Of a DNA stretch of 64,000 bases, positions 1-12,800 are shown in pieces (positions within the stretch are counted from its first letter, which is position 1; the number at the start of each line of letters is the position of its first letter). The notes beneath the pieces were generated by a model, which did not search any database, was not told the origin of the DNA, and saw nothing but the letters and a program-made list of their open reading frames with translations. The position numbers and the translations under genes were made by a program. The stretch is from Haplodiscus bocki (taxonomy: Eukaryota), in assembly GCA_965655095.1 (NCBI GenBank), contig OZ296654.1:25792001-25856000 (forward strand), given 5' to 3'.

Positions 1-3000
1 TTTTGCATTTTTCCATGCACCTGCCTTTCACCAGAAAAAATTCAACTTCAAACTTTAAAAACTCGTTGAAACACTTGGTCGAAAAAATTAAACTTTTGAA
101 TTAATTGCGGAAAGTTTAAGATAGTATTTGTTGTTCCTCGGAGCCTGAAAAAAGACTTAGAACTCAACTGGTTTCACAGAGTTTTACTTATCGATCAAGT
201 GATACAAAAAATGAAATCCTTTCTCTCGCTTCCAAGATTGGAAACCTGACGTTAAAAAATATTCTTCACAGTGTTCACTTTTCGTGTCCGGCCAAATAGA
301 TGTTGTTTCTTGAAGACGGACTGATTTGAAATTTATTAAATTGTCATCGAAGAATCATGCGTTCTCTTCAAGTCGTACCGTGTACCTGTTTGTGAATGCT
401 CAGAAAGGGCGTTTTCGAAAATTTTCCAAAGTCTCAGTTTTTCATAATTAGCCCTTTTTGAAACAACCTTCCGCAAAGTAACTCATAAAGGGGTTTTGTT
501 GTATGATTTTCAAAACGGAAGCATTTTTTGGATTGATGGCAATACTTACTACACCTGAAATTTAGACCCCAAAATGGTTAATTTAGTTGAACCAACTTCA
601 TAAATCAGCATTAATGTATTTCACAAATTTCAGAGGGCTATGAAAGACAAATCTTTGAAAGAAGAAGCTGTGACTCTCTGGTCCTCAATTCTTGCAAATA
701 AAGTTCCTTGCTCAGCTAAAAAGAGCCAAAATCTTCTGGTTTGAATTTTTTTGCTTAAAAATTGCTCATTTTTTTAACAGAGAGTTACATTGCAAAAATT
801 TTAGAGTATTACAAGCGGGTGACTTGAGAAAATTTTTTTGAAAAAGTTGCACGATTAGTTATTGTTGGAACATTCGATTCGTCAACGAAAAATTTTCAAC
901 TGTTTCACTAAAAAGTAATTTTCTATGCTAACTAGTTCAAAAAACTCCGATATTTCAAGCATAGTTCCCCTTGAGAACTCTTCCAATGGTTTTAAATTGA
1001 TTGTTGATTGCTCTGTCATTATTGTCATTTCCAACTGCTACGTATAAAATCCGAGAATGTTGCAATTTTTATGTTTTTTGCGCTATCAGTATCGTGATAC
1101 CAAACCATGTCTTTTTGTAACTGCAAATGGAAAATAAGTTATTATGGCAAAATTACAAGTAAAAATAGAAAAGTCGCAAAAACTAGCAAACTGGCCAGTT
1201 TACCTTTGGACTAGGTAAGCCTCTTAATTAGCCAAAATTTCAAAAGAATTTATCGGTCCGACTCGGATAAGCTTAACTGTCACGTATGGTCCGTCCGTTG
1301 CTGGTTATCTTTAAGCAGCGGAAGGTACGAGATAAGCATATGCATGTTGTGTTTATTTCGAACATGATTACTGACACTATCAGTGACACTATCACCGTAA
1401 GTTGAATCTAAGTGCCCAAATGGAAGTGACCCTCATTGGTACCCCTGATATTGAAGGTGGACTCTCTGGCTTCTTTTTAGTTGGTTTCGATGCCATAGAG
1501 TAGTAATCTTTTATTGATATCAATACTAATATAATTACCATCAATTTTGCTATTCTTGTTGTTATTAATTTGTAATAACAATATCTTCATTTATACTGCC
1601 AGTTTGTGAGATGTTTTGATGCTACGATATACTATTAAAATCCATTCTTGACCTTTTGAAATTTTTCGCAGGTCGCTTTTTACTATAAAAAAACATCTGA
1701 AACCTCAGCGATATTTTGGTGCAGGTTGGACCTACACTTAATATTTCCAACTTCAACACTGCCGAGAAGAAGAATTCTCTCGAGTAGCTGTTGAGCGACG
1801 TTAAAGTTTATGCAAAGTATTTCATATACATTTTCACATAATTTTTCACGTATATGTTCATTGTGTTTTCATAGAACAATTAGAGTATCTTCACGGTTTT
1901 TAATACATAGATATCTTGCTTAAACTTTACTAACGAAGAGGAAGTACAATCGAAAACTTTGGAAAGCGAACACTTGCAGTATTTGTCATCAAGCCACTGA
2001 TTTTTCTTCAAAAATAGCCAAATTTTTATTCGAGATTTGTTGGGAAAACCATGTAATTACATAAATTGCTATCAAATTGGTAAAACCTGCGGCCAAAGCT
2101 ATGAGGTAAATTTCCAAAACTCTCATGGTTTTCGAAAATATTTCACATCGAAAATTTTATGGTTATTTAGGAAACTATCCAAAGAGGTCTTCCATTTTGT
2201 TAAAGCATAGAAAACTTCAGTACATTTTTGTCCTGAGTTCACTTAGCAGGTTCATAAATTTTTCAAAAACGTAAGTGCACGATCTCAATTGATTTATAAA
2301 TACTCAAAAGATTTCCAATAATGCCATTAAAATTTTCTGGTCATTTTTTTTACAGACAGTTTCACTGATTATCGGTTGGAAAAAACTTCACAAATTGCCT
2401 ATTAAACAAGTACTTTAACTCGAAACAATGAAACGATATCAAATTTTTTCCACCAATTGACTTACAGGAGTCAAGTTTTAATTACTTGTATTCTTACATT
2501 TCCCTAAACAACATTTCCTAATAAACAACAAATTTTTATTTGTAAGGGGTCATTAGATCATTTAACTTAGGTTTTGTTCCTTTTATCGGATTTTGGAAAC
2601 GTCTAAAAGGCCTTTCAAGACATTCCAACTCATTTTTTTCCCTCAAAACTATTGATTTGATTTCTTTCTTTCATCAAGCTTTCTTTCTCTCTGAAATTCC
2701 TATTTTGAAGTCTTCCATTAAATTTCTGTGGAATTATATTAAGTTATTTATCAGTTCCTATATAAGTTTTCCATTCTAGAAGGCAATCATATTTTAATAT
2801 CTCCCGTGGGATTGTTGGCATCTGATACCGGATGGTCCCGAAAATGTCATGAAGTCATTGATTTTGATTGTCCTCAGCTTTTGAAAATCTGTATTCAGCA
2901 AAATTGTCATCTAGTTTTTTTCCATTAGCTTCTCGATGTATAATTTTGTTTGTAATATGTTTTTGGTGATAATTTCTTCAATTTTAATACTCGCATCAAG

Positions 3001-3578
3001 TTATAAATTGTCAGAAAAGCCAAAAAGTTTGATTGTTATTAGGTTTCCAAAAATCCAATATGTTCAAAATCATATTTGTGCAAAACTACCTGTTGGGCTT
3101 CTTCCAAAAAATTGTTCGCCGATAACTGTTAGTAAAAGGTAATATTAGATAGGAACAATTTACATTTTTTTGATCGCATTTGAAACCTGATTTGGCCGGA
3201 AACCTCATTAGAAAGCCAAAAATTTCTATTTGTATTGATTTTTTTTCTCTTTCGAAACAACGTACTATCTAAAGTATAGCGTCTGGATGTCAAAATTTTT
3301 AATACCTATTCGATCAATCATTTCTGCGTCCCTTTGACGAAAAACATCGCAGTGCTTCTTGCTTATTAATAGTGAAAACATGCTATTAAGTTTTAGTTGC
3401 AAAACTTTTGCGTTCCATTTCGAATTATGACGGAAAAGCTTTGAAATTATTTATATTCCCATGTGATGTTGAGAAAATAGATGCAAAACTTAAACAGCGT
3501 GCCAAATTTATGAACCAGTAGTCGCATTTTTCAGTTAATTTAAGATCCCAAATCTTTAAAAAATCCGCATTTTTTCAG

Positions 3579-3840
3579 GTCTTTTTCGGGGAAGAATCGA
3601 ATGACGTGGAAAAGGCGCAGCTGGAGACTGAAAGAGATAACAGCGATGACGTCACTTCCCCTTTGGTGGGTGGTAAGGGGTGTAAGTTTGACCCAACTGT
3701 GCGACCTCACGACAGCCTGAGGAGACAGGTGTCAGAGAGTCTTCTGCAGAGGAGGAAAAGCGTGAGTGAAGAACAGCTGAAGATGAGAAAAGGAATGGCC
3801 AAGCTGGATAACGTGGATTTTGCGAAACTGACATCTAAAA
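3579..3840 (+). CDS. GAD: GAD exon A (N-terminal region: [14 protein letters not shown]...[12 protein letters not shown])
   Basis: ttttcag acceptor; open frame; donor a|gtaatt (phase 1) joins 19283 to give [12 protein letters not shown], comparable to DFSNLFARDLLP in vertebrate GAD1. In-frame ATGs at 3783 and 3795. Confidence 0.8.
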
Positions 3841-6800
3841 GTAATTCCAAATTAAACGTTTTCAATCCTATAAAAAAATGGAAATCGTGAAACGTGTCTC
3901 GGCTTTTCAGAACTATCAAATTTTTTTGACGTCATTGCCGAAAGACTGAAGCAAGAAAGTGAAAATAGCGAGCCAATAAAAAAGCGAGTAAAAAACGTTT
4001 CGTCTATATTTCGAGTAAAAAAAGCGATTGTGTTTCGTCTATGGCGTCATGATGATCATGCCGAACCAAGAAAGCGAGTGAGTTCATCAAGCTGCTAGTT
4101 ATATTCACTACTCAGCTGTTTTTTCATTCAGCGAGATAATAGTGACGTCGAAATCCTAAGAAAACGTGAACGGGTGTTTAAAATGTATTAGATTGAAATT
4201 TAGTCTGCCGATCTGGCAGAAATGTTCGGAGGTTCAAAATAACAGCGAATTAATCCTTCAAAACTTTCACTTTTCTGAAACGTAATGACTTGAGTCACTG
4301 TGTTTCATGAATATAAACTTTTAAGAATCAATTCACTGTTTTTTTGAAAGAAGATTACAAAGGCAGCATAAATAAGTACATGAAAAGCATATCTTCAGTT
4401 TCATTGAATTTAGTCCGAAGGGTTGTAGAGCCTCAATTTTGTACTAATCATCTGATAATGCGCAGTTTACATAACAATATTGTTGATATTTTTTTTGTGA
4501 ACACATGCTTGCAATCAACCCAGTGTTTCTCCAAAATTTTTCCATTCTCCAGAGAAATCGCCTTTCAAATGAGATTGAAAACTTTTTTCGAATGAGAAAT
4601 CGGATTTGGCTGAAACGTCGCAGTAAAAACATTAAGTGTACTGTCGACTTTAAAAAGGTACTGAGACGCCAAACAATACCATTTTCGATCAATATGTCTG
4701 AACATTTTGTCAATTCCGTGAACCATGAATGTTCAGCCAGTTTTAGATGTTAGCTTTTTTTACAATTCGGAATCAAAAATTTATCATGGAAGTCTCCGAA
4801 ATGTCTTTCTAAGTATGATCAAAGAAATTACTCTTACTCGTATAAATCGATAAAAACGTGGAAACCTTTCATATTTCAAAGCAAATAATCGATATAGCTC
4901 AAAAATCAAATTTTTCGGCTATTCAAGTTTTTCCGCATCTTTTTTCAAATGTAAGTAATACTTAAACTTTGAGAAATTATGTGATTAATTCTTAATTTAA
5001 GCAATAAAAATTGGTGATAGTTTGTTTTTAAATCGAAAACGAAATTTATTTTGAATCAATGCGAAACAAACTTTCAAAGTTTTTTTGTGACTGACGAGTT
5101 CTTGGTTGTGAATCTAAATAGGACCCCTGTTGATTTGCAACCTGCACTAAATATTTTCAACTGGCAGAACAAATCTTGGAGGTTTTACCTTTTTAAATCA
5201 CAAACCAGACGTGCTGCACATACTGTTTTTTTCTTATTTAGAATTTAGTATTAGTATTTCTAAACTGCGTTTTGAAAATGAAAGTATTTTGTTGCATTTT
5301 AGGAAAGAAATACAGAAATTTTTACGATTTATTCATTTCCATTAAATTCAAATAATTGTCGCTCTACTAAATTGTGATTGTCCACAAAAAATCTATAATT
5401 TCATCGAATGTGTGTTTTCGAGATCTCATGTGAATTTTCAGAGTGATTATCAATTTTTTCTACTTTTTTCGTTAGACGTTTTCATTACTTTCGAATAAGT
5501 CGACCCTTTTTTGCGGAAAACTTTTCAACAAAATACCTAAAAATCAATGTAACCGAGAGCTCCAAGATGAGCCGATTACAAGAAGTGAGTAAACCGAGCA
5601 TGAGGACCAAGACCACGGAAAATCCCCTATATTCTGCATATGTAGTCAGTTCTAAAACTCACTTTTCTGTCTGGGTGGGGGTTCAGCGACCGCGAGGAAT
5701 CCCTTGCCAATTGGGTTTAAAAACCAGTGCCTCCAGTTAAATCATTAGTCTAAACCGCATCTTGTAATAACTTGCCTCTCACAAGGTGATGCCAAATTCT
5801 AAATTTTCTGCATTCTGGGAATGAATAACAGATGATAACGCCAAATCTTTTGTTCAACATAACCCGATAGTAATTACCAATGATGTTAAATGTAAGTTTT
5901 TGATGATCTCAGATCTCTCAATTCTCGGCCTTACCGTTTTTCGTCCTTCTCATCGTGTTATCCGTGAGCCTCAGAACTGGGTGCTAATTTTGGTGCCAAA
6001 CATGTCCTTAGACCGTCATCAAGGTCGCTTCCAATTTTTGACGCCATCCACGCAAAGTGGTCAAAATGTCCTGCAAATTTTTTGACGTCCATTGCTTTCC
6101 ATAACACAATTACAGAAAAATACGAAAAGTTTTCAAAACAGCACAGAATTCCCCTAGGACGTTTTTTGGGATTCTGAGACAATTTCTGACAAAACATGCG
6201 ATACCCCGTTTTTATATATACCAAAAGAAATCGAAAAAATCTTCAAGCTCTTCACCCTCCCTACGTGAAGAAGAACTTTTAAGATAACGTGAAAATATTT
6301 TGTGGTAATCCTTCACCAAAAACTTTTGAAAAAGTACCTTGCTTGTCCCAGAGGTTTTTTGAGAAGACGCATAGCAAAACATTTTGAGACCAAAAAAAAA
6401 TCTGAAAGGCAGATATCGTTTATCCAGGCTGTTCATAAAGTCCTGAAAAATCTCGCAGCAAAATTGGTTTTAAGGAGAGAAAAAAACTGACAAAAGTTTC
6501 AAAAACTTGTTGGCATTTTTTCCGAGAGACGGAAACGTTTCAAGTAAGACGTCAAAGGCGTCGTCTTTCGAATGTGTCAAGCATTACAAGATCTTTTTAT
6601 ACTTTTTCAACAAAAATCGGGTTTGTTTCCTTTTGAAAGAGAGTAGACCCCTCAAAGTTGCTGATATTTATTGTTTCCTCTGACTTTTTTTGCTTTAAAA
6701 AATGTGATAATGTATTTTGCTCTTACTGAATTTTGTAGGAAAACGGCAACTTCTTCGAAAAAATTGAAAACGCTCTCTGAAAAACGCTAAGCCTTGCGGC

Positions 6801-9800
6801 CGCAACGATTTGAACTATTCCTAGCGTGATAGTATTATTCATTCTTTGGTCAATCTCTAGGCCAAATTTATCAAGGAAAGTTTTTTAACCATCAATTGGA
6901 GCAATTCAGAAGTTCTTATCGAGGCTTTTCTGCAATGAAATTACTCTTTTCCGGCCAGTTCAACGTGATTACTGTAGAAAGTTTGGCTTAAATTAGTGTG
7001 CTGTAGTTTCAAAAATCTGCCACTTCTCCACTACGCCTTTCCAGACCAACCCAAACAAGTGCTTACACACCTCTGAAACGAGATAGCAGAGAGACTGATC
7101 CACAAGAACTTCATATACCGAATAGGTTTGATGGGTCATTTCGCTTACTTTTGATTGGTTTTCCGACAAGACAGGGGTTAGCTTAAAACCTGAACTAGGC
7201 AGTACCCCGCCCCTCTTGCTGCTTTAACTGCAAAAGATCAATTTCTTTGAAGCTGCTACACAAAAACACTAGTTTTATCCGAGAACTTCAATTTTTGATG
7301 TGAATGTGTGTTCCACAACCTTCACAAAAAACTACTGCCTTTGCATTTAACTATTTCAAGTATTAATCAGTAGAGCCATATAAAACAACACACAAAATGA
7401 GAAGAAAAATGTTTCATGAAATTGTTGTCTGCCCTCTTCTTGGCACTTGTCCTTCACACGTCGAAATATGTCCACAGTACAGGTTCTACTGGAAATCTCT
7501 TCGCTTCTCTTTCAGAAGACTGTCCACTGAAGTGAGCTCTGCAGACTAGAATAACTTCGAAAACGTCTACTATTTACTGAATTTTTCCCTTTTTTACAGG
7601 GGTTACTTTACCAGTCTAAAAAAAACGAACAAACCCCAGATAGGCTTCCAAGATAACTCTATGTTGAAATGATAGCTCCCTGATTTTCTAGTTCAGAAAC
7701 AACAAAAACTTCTTCAGAACTCGGCGAATAACTTAACACTTTTGTTCACTTTCTTTTATCAGTCTGAGAAGGATAAAATATTCTGCAGGATTTTTGGAAA
7801 CAACGTAATGGGAGCAAACAAACGGTTCTTCTTTTTTTTCGAACTGTCAGTTCAATAGCACATCCCAGAGGTTTGTGCCCTTTCTGAATCTTACGCTCTT
7901 CTTCTGCGTGTCATTCTTATCAGTTGTGTTTTGATCACGCCGAAGGTTGCGATTTCCTTTGTTATATCACTCATCGAGGCGTGGGAGGATCATAAAAACG
8001 ACGGCTCACTCATATTGAGCTTTTTTTCTGTCGCTAAATCCATTAACAAACTATCAGCTTGTCAGGGAAAAATGTATCATAACTAAACAGAATCACTCGA
8101 AACAGATTGCAGAAAGTCAAAATGTACTCAAAATTGATAGTTTTGTGGCTAAAAACAACATAGTGAGTTAGACATCCAGGATTTTCTTATTTCGCTTTCA
8201 CAAGTAGCGTCACTTTTGCCACTTATTTTGCTAATTTCCCCTATGATGAAGTCACTATAGTGCCATTTTTTTCTGTCGCCATGAAAGTGAATAGCGCTGT
8301 CAAATTGCCGTTTTGTTTTTTTTGGGTCTATTTTTTGACTTTCTGCCTCTATAAAAATCAGTAGGCTGGCATTTTTTGTGATATAATGAATCGCAAAAAA
8401 ATCCAATGCAACCCAGTCATGCACATAGAGGTGTTTGAATATCGGGCGACCAATGCTTTCAGGCATGAACATCAAAGAGGAAATTGGGGTTTGACAATCC
8501 AGATTTTAACGTTTTCCCTCACCTCTCAGTGAATAACTTACGTAATAAAGAAGTTTCTACGTTTCCAAGCTACCTTAAACCTTGGGATTTTGTTTTGTCA
8601 TAAACTGGCATGTTTTTTGACGAACACATGCAAAAATTAAATTGAGGTTTTGGATGTTTCCCAACAAATCTTTCTTCGGTTTTCGGACAAAATGGTTTTT
8701 TTGAATTACCGAACTTCAAATGCTCATTCCTCAGAAATGAAAACAAGTAACAAAAAATTGGTAGATATTTTTGAAACACATCCTTTAATTTACAATATTA
8801 ACGTCATTTTCCCGAGATTTATAAAATTGTGAATGGGGGGATAAAATCCGAAAAATTTTCTGAAAAAGTGGCCTTTTCTCATCTCAATGAACAAATTTAA
8901 TTTTGGCACTTTCTGTAATTCGATCAAGCTCTAATTTAGCAAGATGGAAGATCTCATTCATAGCTTTGATTTAGGTTCTCTTTTATCTGAATTGATCATC
9001 ATGTCACCGAAAAGTTATCACTATTTAAATTTTGGAAAATTTTAAAAAACACGTATAAACTTCCATCAAAATGCTCTAAAAACTCTTCAAATTCTTCGAT
9101 TGCCATGAAAAATTCACCCTAGATTTACCATAACCAGGTTCAACCTTGAGGTTGATCGGGTCACTTTTCATGGACAAAAGGGATGTTGAAAATTGGAAAA
9201 TTAACGTGATTGAGTTTTTTCAGGTTACAATTATAACAACGTGCTTTTTCACGTTCTAATTATTTTGGCATAGACATGGTTGTAAAATCGTTGAAAAGGC
9301 ATTTACCTTTAATTTATCACGATGTGCTCGGTTTTCCGATATCTACAGTCAGTTACGAGAAATAAGTGTTTTTCGCCGGAAAAACGGCGATTTTCGGCCT
9401 CTGATTTTTTTGCCGTGGAGATGTATGGGTCTGAACAGCTGGAGGTGTGTGGCGGCGATTGGAGCCTTATAAATCGACACTTGCAAATAGTTAGGAGGCT
9501 ACAGCCTACTAAGCCGGTGGTGAAACAATTGAAGCAGTTATCTTGCGGTTAAAAACTGACGCAGAATGACGCTGTAGCCAAATAGGGACTGGAAAGCAAA
9601 ATTTCTCACAATTAGCATGCAAAACATGATGTTCAAAAAACGCTTTGCCGTTTTTTGCAATGAAAGCCTCCTTAGAGGTTAGACGTGCCTCAGCAGTGAA
9701 AGTTTTGAAGATGGGTCCCGGCTACCGGGCAAGTAAAGGCCGACGAAGATTGAAGGAAACACAGAGAATCAAGGTAGCGAGAGACTAGAACAATTAAATT

Positions 9801-12800
9801 TATTGAAAAATGAAGACTCTGCGAATCCCGCTTTTGGCCAAGGTACCACTTATTTCATCGGGAGCTAGCTCAACCGACGTACCTGGTTCTCATCCATCAG
9901 CTTTGTTAAAGAAACCGAAATTCAAACCTGTAAAAATTTTACAGAAGTGCAAAAATTGTTCAAAACTATAGTTATTTTCTTTTCTAGGTTATTTCCCGGG
10001 CAGCAAAAGAAATAACGAGATCAAATTTTACTCTCAGGTTCAGCGAACATTTTCCTAACTAAGACATCTAGTTTTTTACGGCCCGCCAATAAACGGAACT
10101 CTTTCGAGTTTCACCTAATAACCAGAGCCGACCCGTGTGCCTTGGCTTTTCCGCCCCAAAAAGCAATTGAATAATGAAGTTTTAACAAAGTCGTAGGGAA
10201 AGAGCTTCCATGATCCGGGACTATAGACCATATCCCGCTATTCGATGAGGAAAATCATGAGGACGAAGACATTTGTCATTGAATCACAATTACCATTTCT
10301 CTGAACCAATCAGTGGTTTGAATTGTGTCGTGTACTTAAAGTCTTCTAGAGATTGTGCTTAATCTCCCACTCTGATTGTTTTGATATACCCCCGAAGAGT
10401 TTTAAATGAATAAAGAGCACGATTAATGCAGTAACTTTTGAAAAAACTCAACCCACCTGAATTCAAATGAAATGAATCATCATGAAATGAGTCATCGCTA
10501 AAACAAAACCTCTTCTACAGAGCAAAGGATGTTCCCAAGTGCGATACTTGTCCCATAAATTGCGACTCCGTGTTCAATGGTATGCATCGGCGTCGTTTGG
10601 ACTCTCGTCTTCTGAAAACTTTGCATTTGTGGTAGAATTAAAGAGTTGTCGCTACAGTCTCTTTCAAACTGTCCAAAACTGTTTTGAAATGGAAATGAGT
10701 TCGTGAGCCACTCTTGATTTAGTGTCAGGGTTGTTAAAACTGCATTCCACGTGTCCAGAAGAACATTTTGAGAAAAAAATGGGAAAAATTAGAAATTTAA
10801 AGAATTTTTTCTGACTTTGAGCAAAAAATTCTTGGCATGGTTGTCAAAACTGCATTATACGTGTCCAGAGGAACGTTTTGGGGAAAAAATTGAAAAAAAA
10901 ACAAACATTTTAATATATTTTTTCCAGACTTTGAGCAAAAAATTTTCGACAGGGTTGTCCAACCTGCAGTATATGTGATCAGAAAAACAATTTGGGGNNN
11001 NNNNNNNNNNNNNNNNNNNNNNNNNNNNNNNNNNNNNNNNNNNNNNNNNNNNNNNNNNNNNNNNNNNNNNNNNNNNNNNNNNNNNNNNNNNNNNNNNNNN
11101 NNNNNNNNNNNNNNNNNNNNNNNNNNNNNNNNNNNNNNNNNNNNNNNNNNNNNNNNNNNNNNNNNNNNNNNNNNNNNNNNNNNNNNNNNNNNNNNNNCGT
11201 GTCCAGAGGAACATTTTGGTGCGAAAGTTTCTGAAAAATATATAAATTTAAAAAAGTTTTTGGGATTTGAGCGTAATCTTTTCACAGTTTGAGCAACAAT
11301 TTTTCGCCAAGGTTGTCTCAAACTGCATTTTACGAGTCTGGGAGATTATTTTGGGAGAGAAATTGTTCGAAGAAATTTTCAATTTTTTCGAAACTTGAGC
11401 AAAAGTTTTCAGAATTTGAGCGAACTGAAGTAAAAGTTTATTTGAATGAGAAAGTAACACAGAAAAAGAAAAATCAGCAAAAAATGTTCACTTGGTGCTC
11501 TCAAACTTCCATTCTGCGTGTCTAGAGGATCAATATGTGGGAAAATTTTGGGAAAAATGACAAATTTTAAATTTTTCCAACTTTATGCAAAAATTCGTCA
11601 ATTTATGTTGCAAAATTGGCATGCTACGTGTCCAGAGGAACATTTAGTGCGAAAAAAAGATGAAACTTTTCTATATTATTTCTATTTTTTGGACTTTGAG
11701 CAAAAACTTTCTGGCTGTTTGTCAAAAGTGCAATGTAAGTGTCAGAATGAATATCTAGTGCGATTAATTTGTTTTTGAAAAATTAGCAATGCGCAGCCAG
11801 AATTTGAAAATCAACGGAGATAAAAGTCTGCATACTGGGGGAAAAAATTTTCCTTGGTAATTTATTACGACAGAAAGTAATAAGAAGTTTATCAGTTTGA
11901 TGATTTTAATCTCCATGTAATGATCATGTAACTTTTGGTGCTTTCTTTCTTGGTGGATGATGACCAACCTGAGTGACTGCTGTGAGTGCCAAGGCGGGCT
12001 TCAGGGGTGGTTGCGACAGCGAGGCATCAATCATTTCCATTCACGTACCGAAAACGTTTCGCAATATTCTTTTTTCTTTCGGTTTTTTTGTTCTCACTGG
12101 GTTGGTCGACCGTGCCATTCTGGTGTTAGAGATTGGTCAGTACAACAGCTATAAATAGCCATAGATGTTTGAAGTCAATCCAAAAATATGTTTTGAAACT
12201 CAGCAAAGACTTAGTAGCCTAAAAATTACGAAAACGTAGAATTTAATAAATAAATCATTTTGGTTCACTCAATATACTCAAAATATATTTGATAGAATAG
12301 CTCTGCCCATGAGAGGGTAGAACGTTTTCTGATCATTATCCCAAATGTGCTGTCACTAAACGTTAGTTTTTAACTTGAAGTATTTTTTTCACGTACTGGA
12401 ATGTTCTTTCGCATATACGATGCCATTACATCAAAATTTAGAAACAGGTTTGTGGGAAAACCTGTAACCTCATGTTAGAAAACGTTCAAATCTGAAAAGT
12501 TCAGTTTGATTGCTTACTCCAAATACACAACTTGAGACAGAATAAAAGACTATAGCTTTTCGGGGTTCACATGAGGTGATTGTGAAATTAAAATAAAGTT
12601 AACGTGGAGTGAACAGGATATGATGAAATTGGTTGGAAGAGTGTTCCCGACATCTCCAGGAAATTGACGCCACTTTGGATAGTCTCCTCAAATTTCCACC
12701 CTCAATCCCGGCTGAGCTGGGCAGTTTCTATTTACGTCATCAAACAGAGCTACTCCAAACGCATAAATTGATTTCATGTCAGTCCAATAACCACCACGCC

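Noticed and set aside
1144-1214. Possible GAD start exon (ATG GCA AAA ... ACT AG|GTAAGC)
   Set aside because: It ends in phase 2 while exon A starts in phase 0, and there is no homology support.
5548-9229. LTR-like element bounded by TGTAACC...GGTTACA
   Set aside because: No convincing TSD (ATCAA/ATTAT) and a heterogeneous interior; probably chance.
10797-11321. Long ORFs in the track
   Set aside because: Artefacts of translating through the 200-N gap within a satellite.
12132-12157. CCAAT plus TATA core promoter
   Set aside because: Spacing is too short, and the same ATTGG...TATAAA pairing recurs in repeat-like DNA (~9458, ~20498).
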